A stretch of DNA of 64,000 nucleotides, taken from the NCBI RefSeq assembly GCF_006345805.1, contig NC_043006.1, positions 71,920,001 through 71,984,000 on the forward strand. Reading direction: 5' to 3'. The position numbers were made by a program, and so were the translations under genes. Origin of the DNA: Octopus sinensis (taxonomy: Eukaryota). This document shows positions 52,213-62,990 of the stretch, piece after piece (position 1 is the stretch's first letter; each line of letters opens with the position of its first letter). The notes under the pieces are model-generated. The model saw only the letters and a program-made list of their open reading frames with translations. It searched no databases and was not told the DNA's origin.

Positions 52213-55200
52213 GATATATATATATAAGGTTAATCCAAACATAAAAACACAACAACGCAAGGACGTGGAACAAGTATTGTGTTATTGGATGCTCAGGGAA
52301 GGAAAGAAAGAAGGAGGACTTAATGTTTTGAGCGGAGCTCTTCGTCAGAAACATAGAAAAAGGAAAGATCCAAGGAATGGAAGATGGAGGAAAAAAAAAT
52401 TGCCAACGATACACACGTGGTATGTACATACATGCATACATGCGTGCATGTATGTATGTATGTATGTACGTATGTATATATGCATGCATGGTGCAATGGG
52501 TAAATTGTTGCTGTTTTGTATTTTTAATTTCTTGCATGTGCATTGTTTGTTTTAGATTTTGTTGACTACACAGTATAGTAGGGTCAGCTGGGAACCATCT
52601 TTGAGAAAAGCAGCAGCATGACGCAATTCACTCTGCCAGAAATTTGGAAATGACATGCTATACTGCTTGGCATTCATGCTGGAAGCTCCAATACAAACAT
52701 TTCAGAGTGTTTGGGTGTCAATCTGAGGATAGTGCAGAGAATTCGGAAAGAGTTGGATAAGTCTGATGGTGATTACGATGGTACAGCAGCTTAGAAAACT
52801 CACTCTGATTGTTCTGATAAGAAAAGAACTCCTGCATTTGTTGGTGATATCCAGACCATGATTGACAACGATCCTGCCAACTCAATCAGGTCCATCGCCA
52901 GGGACATGGGAGTATCTGAGTTCCTTGTCAGGAAGGTAGTGCATGAAGACATTTGATATTCCTCATACAATTTTTATCTCAAGCTATCAAGGACAAGAAG
53001 AACGACTGCACTACAAAGCTTTTGAACAAACTCAAGCATCCCTTCCAATTGAACACACTTCGGTTTTTCTCAGTCAAGAAAAATTTCTACCAGGATCAGA
53101 TGGTGAACATACAGAACAGCTGTTGGCTTGCTGTGTCCCTGAAACATGTACTTGTCATGCTACGATTTCATGGGTGCCATTTACTTGACACCAGCAACGG
53201 TCCACTTGTCCATGCTTGCATGGGTCAGACAATTTGGTGAGAGAAATATTCTATGGCTAGATGCCCTTCCTGTTACCAACCGTCACTTGTTTCCAAGTAG
53301 GATAATTTTTTCCTCATGACCAGGCATGTTTTTCCACAGAAGTCTGTAAATGATCAGCCTTGCTTGCATGTGATAATGCTCATTTGCAGCCTAAAAATGG
53401 TGTCTGGACAAGGGCATACACAAATGTACGTGCATGCATACCTGTATGCACAGGTAGCGTGTTTCAGCTTCTGTATATCAAATCCACTTGCAAGGCTTTG
53501 GTTGACCTGGGGCTTTAGTAGAAGACATTTGCTCGAGGTGTCTTATGAGGGATGGAACCGAAGACCATATGGTTGGGAATCAAGCTTCTTAATCTCACTG
53601 CAAGTGAAGGCGTGTGGCTTAGTGGTGAGGATATTCTGTGCATGATCGTAAGGTCATGAATTCAATTCCTGGTGAAGCGTTGTGTCCTTGAGCAAGACGC
53701 TTTATTTCCCATTGCTCCAGTTCACTCATCTGGCAAAAATGAGTTTACCTGTATTTCAAAGGACTGACCTTGTTACATTCTGTGTCATGCTGAATTTGAT
53801 TAAGAACTATATTGAGGATACAAGTGTCTGTGGAGTGTTCAGTCACTTGCACATTAATTTCATGAGCAGGCTGTTCTGTTGATTGGACCAACTGAAACCC
53901 CTTGTCGTCTTAATTGACAGGGTGCCAGTTAATCTTGCAGCTATACCTGTGTCTAATTGTTGTGTTTTAACTGTTTATCCTTTCTGACACCAACTACCAA
54001 AACATTTTACTATTTGTTTTTTCTTCCAGAATTTGTTCCCTGTATTGAAAAAATGTTTCAGGAGAATGTAGTGATCGGCAGTGGTTGGACAGCACAAGAA
54101 TCTCACAGGTTTGTATAGTTTGACTTACTGTAAAAACTTTTCTCATTTTGTACTGTTCAGAGCAGTGATTCTCAACTAGGGCCCAAATGACCCTTGAGAG
54201 TCCATATAAGATTTGCTGTTAAGGTTTATGTGCCATGAACTGGTTATACTTCTACAATACACAAAATGTTTTAATAATTTTTTATACAATTCTTAATAAT
54301 ATTTAATTATAAAAATATGACATTGAAGTCTGTGTGAGTCTCATCATCATCATCATCATTTAACAACTGCTTTCCATGGTGATATGGGTTGGGCAGTATA
54401 ACAGGAGCTGGCTAAGCAGAAGACTGCACTAGGCTTCAGTGTTTGTTTTGGCATGATTTTTATGGCTGGATATCCTTCCTAACATCAACCACTCTACAGA
54501 GTAGATTGAGTGCTTTTTATATGGCACCAGCATGACCAAGGTCAGTTTTGGCATGGTTTTTGCACCTGGATGCCCTCCCAAATGCCAACCACTTTACAGT
54601 GTGGACTAGGAATAGGCAGAAATGGTTGAGAACCACTGGTTTAGAGAAATGAAGTGCTATGGAACGTAGCACTACTATTAGTGTCTGTTTTTCCCTCTTC
54701 TATTTCAAAAATGATTTATTTTCTCTTTGTTATTTCAGGCCACTTGCTTATAGCACTTTAGCTGACTTGATTCACCACGTGCGCCAAAATCTGCCCCTTA
54801 ATGATCTCTCTTTGGCGGTGAATGTTTTTGCCAAGAACGTACATGATGAGTCCCTGCCAAGCAGTATACAGACGATGTCCTGCAAACTGCTTCTCAATCT
54901 TGTGGAATGCATTCGGACCAAGAGCGATCAAGAGAGTGGCAATGTAAGCCCCCACTTTTCTTCTCTTTGTCATATAATACACTTTATAATATATAGCTGC
55001 AAATGAACAGAAATCTCGTTAACTAGATTATTAAATTTACTTCCCCAGGGAACTTATTTTTCTCTTGGATTGATTGAGTCATTAAGAGCTGAATGTTATT
55101 GTTTAACCCCAAGTAAGGCTTGACTGAGTAGTTTTATTATCATAGAAATTCTGTTTTAGTCATACTGTTTCTTGGATTATATTAATTAATGTGTCCTCCT

Positions 55201-58200
55201 TTTTAAGAATATAGCATGTAATTTAGGGAGATTTGATTGCTATCTCAAGCAGCGAATTTGCATAGTTGTTAGAGTATCAGATGAAATGCTTTGCTGCATT
55301 TATTCCAGCTTCTTGAGTTCTGAGTTCAAATCCTGCCAAGATCAACTTTGCCTTTCATCTTTCCTGCCCAGATGACTAAAATGGTGACGCCTTGGAATAT
55401 TTTTTAAAGCTTTACATTCTGAGTTCAAATACCCCATTCTTATCGGTTTACATGGTCTGAACTCATTGCAAAGAAATCAAATCTAAAAGAACAGGCAAAA
55501 AAAAATTGATATTTGGATTTTACTTGAAATGTAATTAAAAACTGAGATTGTAACATCTTGAATTTCAAGCAAAAAGAAAAAAAAACTTTATTGTCTTAAA
55601 TTTAAACTTCAGTTTAAATCCTTAGGATCTTGGTTATGAATAGATCTGAGTTTTTATTTATTTGTAAATTTTAAATAAAGGAAATGTAAAGTTTAAATTT
55701 GAATTGAATTTCCCTTCTCTAGTGGAGACAATTTTTCTGCTTGACATGATTCTTATGAAGAAACTGGCTGTACATTGTCCTTGATAATGTTTGTAGTAAT
55801 GTGATTCTCCACAAATCACAACATTCATCATCATCATTGTCATTTAGCATCTGCTTTCTATGTTGGCATAGGTTGGACAGTTTGAGGTCAGGCAAGCTGA
55901 AACTGCACCAGGCTCCAGTCTGACCTGGCAAGATTTCTGCAGCTGGATGCCCTTCTTAATGCCAACTACACCGAGAGTGTAGTAAGTGCTTTTTACATGC
56001 CTGCCTTTCATTTTCAGGAATTGCTCTGTATTATCCAATGTTTCTTTGTTACTTTAAATACAGTAAAGTGTGATTTGAGAGGGGATTCAGCTTGCTATTT
56101 CTAGCAGTTTTAGTGACCATGTAGAGAATCTTTCAGTAGCTCATGTCAACCTTGTATTGTTATAATGTTTTACTTTTGTTTTTCTTTTTCAAACATACAG
56201 GGCCGTGAATTGTTTATGAGAATGTTGGAGGTTTTTGTTTTAAAATTTAAAACAATTACCAAAATTCAGCTTCCACAGATCCTCCAGAAATGGTAAGAAC
56301 ATCAGTTTTGCTTACATGCTTCTTCATCATTCTTTGTGGGTGTTAAATTTCATATAGTGGCAAGCAGGCAAAACCGTTAGCACATTGGGCAAAATGTTTA
56401 GAAATATTTCTTTCAGCTCTTTCTGTTTTGAGTTCAAATACTGCTCTGGTTAACTCTGCCTTTCAGTACTTCATGATTGATAAAATAAATTAGCAGTCAA
56501 GTACTGGGGTCAATGTAATCTCATGATGGATGCCTACTAATCAGCCTTGACTCACTGATTTTCTTCTGAATGGTGGAGTACCTAAAGTACCAATGTTGAA
56601 GAAATACAATACAAAATTTTGAATCTCGTTGAGGCAAGTGAAAATCAAATCAAATCAAAACAAATCAAAATAGATGAACATCAATGGAATTTGTATCTTT
56701 GTGGTACCAGTGCCGGTGGCACGTGGCACACAAGAAAACCATCCGAACGTGGTCGTAGCCAGTACCGCATCGACTGGCCTCCGTGCTGTGGGCACGTAAC
56801 AAACACCATCCGATCGTGGCCGTTTGCCAGCCTCATCTGGCACCTGTGTCGGTGGCACATAAAAACACCATCCGAGCGTGGCCGTCTGCCAGCCTCGTCT
56901 GGCACCTGTGTCGGTGGCACATAAAAAACACCATCCGAGCGTGGCCGTTTGCCAGCCTCGTCTGGCACCTGTGTCGGTGGCACATAAAATCACCCACTAC
57001 ACTCTCGGAGTGGTTGGCGTTAGGAAGGGCATCCAGCTGTAGAAACACTGCCAGATCTGACTGGACTGGTGCAGCTTTCGGGCTCCCCAGACCCCAGTTG
57101 AACCTTCCAACCCATGCTAGCATGGAAAGCGGACGTTAAATGATGATGATGATGATGATTATTACCTGTAACAGAGTGGAATTGATTCCTTTTATTCTAA
57201 TTTTCAGTATTGTGATTCATGTATTGAAACTTTAACTTTATCCTGTTGCACTGAGATTAAACATCATCAATGTGATAATGTCCATTTTTCTAAGCTTCTC
57301 AGAGTTGAACAGGATTTAGACAGTTTGACCAGGTCTGGTATGCCGAGGGGCTGCACCAGATTCCAGTCTGATTTGGCATGGTTTCTATGGCTGGATGCTC
57401 TTCTTAACGCCATAATTAGAATGTATGTGTGTATGTATGTATGTTTATGCCCTTACACTGTAAAAGCATTCATGGTAAGAGGGAGATTATGGAGAATAGA
57501 AGATATAATGTACTATCAGTATGCTGTATCACTTTGTATTATGAGTAGCAACTAAAAGAGTTGGTGTCAAGAATGGCAACTTACCCAGAAATATTCTCTA
57601 AAAGTCCTGTCCAACTCTTGGAAACTTAGAAGAGTGGACATTATAACATCAATGATAAGTATACATACACAATATATATATATATATATCATCAAGATAT
57701 ATATTTATATATATCATGTACACTCTAGTGTCTGCCTTGGCATGAATTGCAACACCTGGATACCCTTCTTAATGCTAACCACTTAATGTGTACTGTGTGC
57801 TTTTTTCATGCCAGAAGTAATGGTGAGGTTACTATGCATTTTGCAGAAGTACACTCTTTGAGTGGAGGCAGCTTTATGCTAAGAGACAAGCGGTTAAAGT
57901 ATGGTATATATACTTATGCATGTATGTATACGCATACATATGCATATGGATGCATGATATATATCATCATCATCATCGTGTAACATCTGTTTTCCATGCT
58001 AGCATATATATATATATAGGGTAAAAATTAATTAATAATTTTATCAAGTAGTCAGCAAGTTAAAAAAACCTTTTTAGGTGAATTATAGAAAATATTCTAT
58101 AATTATATACATAATTATAATCAGGGGTCAGCTAATTGCCTCGCCACATACTGAATTAGAAATAGACACTGTCTTTTCAACTATCATAAAAATCTCCGAG

Positions 58201-61200
58201 ACAATAGCACTTTTTTATGCAGGCAAAAAGAAAAATGATGAATCCACATGACTTTGGTTAATCACAGACGCGTTTCGAATTTAAAGTAAATTATATTTAC
58301 CTATTATTCTCCTCCGTGTGATACTCCAAGTTATAAATTTGCAAATGTTAGGGTTAAATATGTATGCAATCAAGTGTCATCACATAACTAATATTCGACC
58401 TCACTCATATTTATGCTTGTATGTATATGCATACTTATTCATATGGATGCATGAGATACATATATATGTGTGGGAGCTATATATTTCTAATCATACCTAT
58501 TCTATTTGTTGTAGTCGACAGAGTCAGCTGAATGCAGAGAAGTGTGCAGCAGATAGCAATGCCAAACCAGATGTAAAGACTCCAGAAATTACAACAGTTG
58601 ATGTAAAACCAATTCTTCTGGAAATGAAAGAAAAAGAGGAGAAGGTAGGAGAAATGCATTTGTCTCTTTGAAGATTGTTTAGAAGGGAGCTATTTATATG
58701 CCAATTTAAAAGACGGAGGTCTCATGGCAAAGAGCATCAGAAATCTGTGATAAAAATATCTTTGGGATCAAATTTGTCTGTTACTTGTGTCACTGAGGAC
58801 AGCAGTAGATCTCCTCTATTTCCCATACAGTGTTATCTGTATAACTAAAATGCCTATACACTCCACCTAAACAACTTTCCAGGCAGTTTGGCATCAACAT
58901 TCATCATTCACCCATACAGTTTATCCACCTCTTGGTGAGCTGGTAGAATCGTTAGCACGCTGGGCGAAATGCGTAGCCGTATTTCGTCTACCACTACGTC
59001 CTGGGTTCAAATTCCGCCGAGGTCGACTTAGCCTTTCATCCTCTCGGGGTCGATAAATTAAGTACCAGTTGCGCATTGGGGTCGATATAATCGACTTAAT
59101 CCATTTGTCTGTCCTTGTTTGTCCCCTCTGTGTTTAGCCCCTTGTGGGTAATAAAGAAATAGGTATCCATCATGCTCCCACCTCTATCCTTTCTAGTGCT
59201 GGTGCCATAGTACAAAGCATGCAGCTATGTCTTGTCAAAGATACAAGAACCTCCTTAATGCTGATATCACAAATAAAAATATAAAAAAACAACCTCATTT
59301 TACACTTGTAGCAGCTGGAATATTCCAAACTGCATGTTTGGTTTCAGTGATGAGTGAGTCTAATGTACTTCCAGCTGGTGGATACATACATGTACACACA
59401 TACTCATGTATTCGTTTATGCATACATACAGTGTCCCCCAACTGGCTCCTGTGCTGGTGGCACGTAAAAAGCATCAGTCAAACATGGTCAATATCAGTGC
59501 TGCCCGACTGGAGTGGTTGGTGTTAGGAAGGGCATCCAGCTGTAGAAACATTGCCAGATCAGATTGGTGCCTGGTGCAGCCTACTGATTTGCCAGACCTC
59601 AGTCAAACTGTCCAATCCATGCCAGCATGGAAAACTGACATTAAACGATGATGATGATGATGATTATACATGTACATCATCATTTAGCATCCATTGTCCA
59701 CGCTGGCATGGGTTAGATGGTTTGATCAGGTCTGCACCAGACTCCAGTCTGATTTGGCATGGTTTCTACAGCTGGATGCCCTTTCTAGCACCAACCACTC
59801 TGAGAGTATAGCAGGTGCTTTTTACATGCCATCAGCGTGGATGCCATTGATCTGACACTAGCATCAGCCATATATATCATCATCATCATCATTTAATGTC
59901 CATTGTCCATGCTGGCATGGGTTAGACAGTTTGACTGGGGCTGGTATATTGGAAGGCTGCACCAAACTCCAGTCTGATATGTCATGGTTTTCTATGGCTG
60001 GACACCCTTCCTAATGCCAACCACTCTGCTATCTGAAATGATCCTTGACCAACTAATGCTAGCAGGGAAAAGCTACTCTTAAATGAATATAGAATAGCAG
60101 TTGAAAGTAAACCAAGTACACTGCCCAGTTTAATACCACCACTTCCAGGGTTTACTCTATTACAATATTCAGACGAAATCTTCAGTTTCCTTCTAACCAT
60201 GTTTTGTCAGTAGATAGACTGATCTTCAGCAGTATCAGGCTTGCTGGCATATGATGGCCGGAAAATGTCATATGTACTAGCTTCTCCCAACACGACCATA
60301 GTAAAACAATAACAAGAAACATTTTAGTGAATGTGCTGTTAATCATCACTCATTGTCTCTTTCTTTTCTCTCTTACAGACTGCTCGGTTTGGGGTGTCCG
60401 CAACTCCGTACACAACATATTCTGTGGCGGACTGCCGAAGTCTTGTGAAGACGTTAGTGTGTGGCGTAAAGACTATAACCTGGGGTTTAATAGCATGTAA
60501 AGGAGGACCAGATTTAAACAAACAGTTCCTGCCTAAAGAGATCTTGGTTTTCATCCGCCTTGTGCGTTATGCATTGCAGGCTCTGGATATTTATACAGTG
60601 AATCTCTCGTCTACAGGACAGGCCATGGTCAGACCGGCTGTGTAAGTTATCATTTCAGGCATTTGGCCATCTTCATTGTTTTTTTCTCTCTCTTTCTTTC
60701 AATTTTATTTTTTCAGCTATTAGAATGTCATACATGCACTCCTTGTGCATTTGACAGACATATACATACACATTTTCACATGCATTGGCTCAGTCATTTA
60801 TGCTTCATTTGTAAAGGCGTTTGGCTTAGTGGTTAGGGTATTCGGCTCACAATCATATGGCCATGAGTTCAATTCCTGGCAGCACGTTGTGTCCTTGAGC
60901 AAGACACTTTATTTTACATCGCTCCAGTCCACTCAGCTGACAAAAATGAGTTGTACCTGTATTTCAAATGGCCAGCCATGTCACATTCTGTGTCGCACTG
61001 AATCTCCCTGAGAACTACACTAAGGGTACGTGTGTCTGGAGTACTCAGCCACTTGCATGTTAATTTCATGAGCAGGCTGTTTTGTTGTTCGGATCAACTC
61101 GAATCCTTGTTGATATTAACTGACAGTGTGCCAGTTTGTTACACTCACTCATACACATACACACTGTCACATGCTTACAAATATACACAGTCAAGATTAT

Positions 61201-62100
61201 CCCACTTTTCTTTGTTCCGTGATACAGTGTTTGTAAATTTTTTACTTTAGTTCTTCCCTGTTCTCAGCAACGTCTTCTTTTTTACAGAGGTCAAAGTGTC
61301 AGGACAAAAGAAGAGAAAGAAGTACTTGAACACTTTGCTGGTGTGGTAAGTAATATAATTCATGGACATACAGTAATCCCTTGCCATGTCGCAGTTCACC
61401 GATCGTGGTTTATTATTTAAGCTTACATCATTTCCTCCTGGTGTTGTTTTGTATTTATAATAAGATAAATATATACAAATTATAAAAATAATAAAAAAAA
61501 CATACAGTACAATACTGTTTCTACTTTGCTGATTTTCACCTATTGCAGGGTGTTTTGGAATGTAACACCCACGATAGTCGAGGGATTACTATATACATAC
61601 ACACACACGCACACATGCAATAAGAGTTACTATACTTCTTGCTGTGAAGGTGCATGGCTCTGATTAGAGTGTCAGGCTTACAATCATGTGGTAGTGAGTT
61701 TGATTTCTGGACAGGGCTGTGTGTTGTGTTCTTGAGCAAGAGACTTTATTTCATGTTGCGCCAGTTCACTCAGCCGTAGAAATGAGTTGCAACATCACTG
61801 TTGCCAAGCTGTATTGGCCTTTGTCTTTCCCTTGAATAACATCAGTGGTGTGGAGAAGGGAGGCTTGTATGCATGGACGACTGCTGGTCTTCCACAAACC
61901 ACCTTTCCTGGATTTGTGCCTCAGAGTGGAACTTTCTAGGGACAATCCCATGGTCATTCATGACTGAAAGGAGTCTTGTCTCCTCTCTCTGAAGCTTTTC
62001 TCTCTTTTTATTGCTGTCCTCAAGTATTTGTACTTTTTCTTTGCAGTTTACAATGATGAATCCACAGACATTCAAAGAAATCTTTTCTATCACAATAGAG
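39152..62100 (+). CDS. TRRAP: TRRAP / Tra1 (PIKK-family pseudokinase scaffold of SAGA and NuA4/TIP60), N-terminal HEAT region; 16 coding exons, gene continues beyond window end
   Basis: In-frame GT-AG exons give hallmark TRRAP peptides: QLRKLLLEIIHRIP, ENEENVLVCLRII, SLKVLAELPIIVVLMYQ, HLRKELLIAARHILTTDLR, RPLAYSTLADLIHHVR, IQTMSCKLLLNLV, DCRSLVKTLVCGVKTITWG, KEEKEVLEHFAGVFTMMNP. Confidence 0.97.
41290..41810. repeat. 25-bp minisatellite (~20 units) inside an RTE-related repeat
   Basis: Unit GGTACTGGCATGGGCACTTTTACAT with variants. Confidence 0.9.
42319..42368 (+). CDS. TRRAP: TRRAP exon 2
   Basis: tag|VEKKLKAAQELSENFE|gtaagt. Confidence 0.92.
43267..43495. mobile_element. piggyBac-like MITE (related ends at 38881-39107 and 50883)
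   Basis: TTAA-TCCTTTTGTTAC..GTAACGAAAGGG-TTAA. Confidence 0.65.
44141..44251 (+). CDS. TRRAP: TRRAP exon 3
   Basis: SIVISPQYPQFLQDALRVFLKILDEGEPHFVAEQNMQ|gtgagt. Confidence 0.95.
45189..45293 (+). CDS. TRRAP: TRRAP exon 4
   Basis: QLRKLLLEIIHRIPCNEYLKRYIPQILPLMFKLLK|gtaatt. Confidence 0.95.
45582..45665 (+). CDS. TRRAP: TRRAP exon 5
   Basis: VENEENVLVCLRIIMELHRQYRPQMNEE|gtatgt. Confidence 0.95.
46572..48504 (+). mobile_element. Degenerate pogo/Tigger element with nested SINEs
   Basis: LDNAGGH..FLPRNTTPLIQPIDQSVIHAFK; ends GTAATCAC.. / ..GAGGGATTACTG. Confidence 0.8.
48567..48761 (+). CDS. TRRAP: TRRAP exon 6
   Basis: IQGFLQFVKKIYANLPNYLHKIFEPR...ADNQSVS|gtaagt. Confidence 0.93.
49158..49324 (+). 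CDS. TRRAP: TRRAP exon 7
   Basis: YNIIPRAVLSLKVLAELPIIVVLMYQIY...TITLQPQAQL(R)|gtaagt. Confidence 0.96.
49866..49923 (-). ncRNA. Minimal type I hammerhead ribozyme
   Basis: AUUCUA-CUGAUGA-AGGC..GCAU(CUCU)AUGC..GCCA-GAAA-UCC(A)GGA-UC^-UGGAAU. Confidence 0.75.
50128..50224 (+). CDS. TRRAP: TRRAP exon 8
   Basis: NNPAFNKEVFVDFIGAQIKTLSFLAYIIKSYQ|gtaata. Confidence 0.95.
50268..50501 (-). mobile_element. tRNA-derived SINE carrying a hammerhead
   Basis: Head TGGTGTAGTGATT (A-box-like) ... GAGCTCGATTCC (B-box-like), (AAC)n spacer, then hammerhead. Confidence 0.7.
50318..50363 (-). ncRNA. Minimal type I hammerhead ribozyme inside tRNA-headed SINE
   Basis: GACAC-CUGAUGA-A-GUCUG..CAGCC-GAAA-CG-UC^-GUGUU; palindromic ACGU stem III. 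Confidence 0.75.
51697..51835 (+). CDS. TRRAP: TRRAP exon 9
   Basis: DQVSQNSQQLVQGLLGLFTLCPPEVAHLRKELLIAARHILTTDLRN|gtaag. Confidence 0.96.
52229..52420 (-). mobile_element. Short microsatellite-embedded element with decayed hammerhead (52317-52352)
   Basis: GUUU-CUGACGA-A-GAGC(UCC)GCUC-AAAA-CAUU; partial second copy at 17243-17321. Confidence 0.55.
52570..53160 (+). mobile_element. Degenerate Tc1/mariner-superfamily transposase fragment
   Basis: NDPANSIRSIARDMGVSEFLVRKVVHEDI (HTH), FSVKKNF..NIQN. Confidence 0.7.
54030..54108 (+). CDS. TRRAP: TRRAP exon 10
   Basis: (K)FVPCIEKMFQENVVIGSGWTAQESH(R)|gtttgt. Confidence 0.94.
54163..54638. mobile_element. hAT-Charlie-like MITE with nested SINE
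   Basis: CAGTGATTCTCAAC..GTTGAGAACCACTG; TSD GTTCAGAG/GTTTAGAG. Confidence 0.75.
54739..54943 (+). CDS. TRRAP: TRRAP exon 11
   Basis: PLAYSTLADLIHHVRQNLPL...IQTMSCKLLLNLVECIRTKSDQESGN|gtaagc. Confidence 0.97.
56201..56292 (+). CDS. TRRAP: TRRAP exon 12
   Basis: GRELFMRMLEVFVLKFKTITKIQLPQILQK(C)|gtaaga. Confidence 0.95.
56640..57160 (+). mobile_element. RTE-related short repeat with internal ~62-bp tandem units and (GAT)n tail (copies 34668-35100, 46840-47270, 13552-14070 and many shorter)
   Basis: GGTTGGCGTTAGGAAGGGCATCCAGC..CCATGCTAGCATGGAAAGCGGACGTTAAA(TGA)n recurring throughout the window. Confidence 0.8.
58017..58420 (-). mobile_element. Non-coding hammerhead-bearing element adjoining (TA)n
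   Basis: Contains the 58261-58322 hammerhead; terminal motif shared with the 17479-17825 element; right boundary approximate. Confidence 0.55.
58261..58322 (-). ncRNA. Minimal type I hammerhead ribozyme, U4G core variant
   Basis: AUCACA-CGGAGGA-GAAU..GUAAAU(AUA)AUUUAC..AUUC-GAAA-CGCG-UC^-UGUGAU. Confidence 0.7.
58515..58644 (+). CDS. TRRAP: TRRAP exon 13 (variable linker)
   Basis: tag|RQSQLNAEKCAADSNAKPDVKTPEITTVDVKPILLEMKEKEEK|gtagga; phase 2 to 0 bridges exons 12 and 14. Confidence 0.82.
58933..59160 (+). mobile_element. Second tRNA-derived SINE family (copies 2835-3040 +, 4425-4830 - tandem, 5910-6133 -, 31790-32170)
   Basis: GAGCTGGTAGAA A box, GGTTCAAATTCC B box, central GCCTTTCATCCT..GGGGTCGATAAA..AGTACC domain. 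Confidence 0.8.
60379..60641 (+). CDS. TRRAP: TRRAP exon 14
   Basis: TARFGVSATPYTTYSVADCRSLVKTLVCGVKTITWG...ALQALDIY...MVRPA(V)|gtaagt. Confidence 0.96.
61288..61345 (+). CDS. TRRAP: TRRAP exon 15
   Basis: GQSVRTKEEKEVLEHFAGV|gtaagt. Confidence 0.93.
62047..62100 (+). CDS. TRRAP: TRRAP exon 16
   Basis: FTMMNPQTFKEIFSITIE|gtgagg. Confidence 0.94.
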
Positions 62101-62499
62101 GTGAGGACCATTATCATTTTTTTTTTTGTTTTAATTTTGATTTTCACTTCCCATTGATTTCTCCATTAGGTTTTGCTGTTGTTGTTTAGCTCCGAGTTAA
62201 CCCTGATTGAGAAACTATGATCAAAAGTGTTCTAGATGTGGCCATCATGTCTTTTTATATATCCAGGATTACATTATCCATTGTTTCTTTCTTCTTTTAA
62301 AACGCTTGTAAAGGAAGTTTGGTTGCTACTTCTAGCATGTTGCATGATTGCATAGAAACCTTCGTGTTGGAAAGATTCTACATTACTTTTAGATATCAAA
62401 CCAGATCTCGATTTTCTTGAGTATCTCTCCTGGTAAACACACATCCTCTACATAGCAAAGACTGCATTTCAGCAACTAGTCTTTCTCTTCAGAACCAGG

Positions 62500-62990
62500 A
62501 AACACTAAAACCCTCAGCAACTATTAACCCTCTATGAAGGTAATGTGAGAACCACTGTGGAGTACTGCTCCCACATCTGGACAGTATAGCACTGTCCAAG
62601 ATGCTAGAATGCATTCAAAGAAAGAACACCTGACTGGTTGACATGAAACCCATCATCAACACACTCCAACCTTTCTCCATCTGACTCACTGTCTCTTCTC
62701 TCTGCTTTTTCTATCACTGCTACTACAATGGCTTCCATTTCTTGAAGCTAAATAATGTCATGTCACCCTAACTGAACCGCTCCTGATTCACTCATCCTCT
62801 TTTCCTTTTCTACCATATTGTGTTCACCTTTCCATGCTCCTTATTAACCAATATTCCGTTGTGCTTTCTTCCCAGAAAGTAACCATTTGAACTTCCTCTC
62901 TGTACATGTTTTCTGTTACAGTCATTGACTTGCAGCTGTTCAAGACAAACATCCATATCAACCTACACCAGTCATGGTCCCTTCCTCTAA
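62500..62990 (+). mobile_element. Highly degenerate CR1/Jockey-group LINE fragment
   Basis: LYEGNVRTTVEYCSHIW..LECIQRK. Confidence 0.55.
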
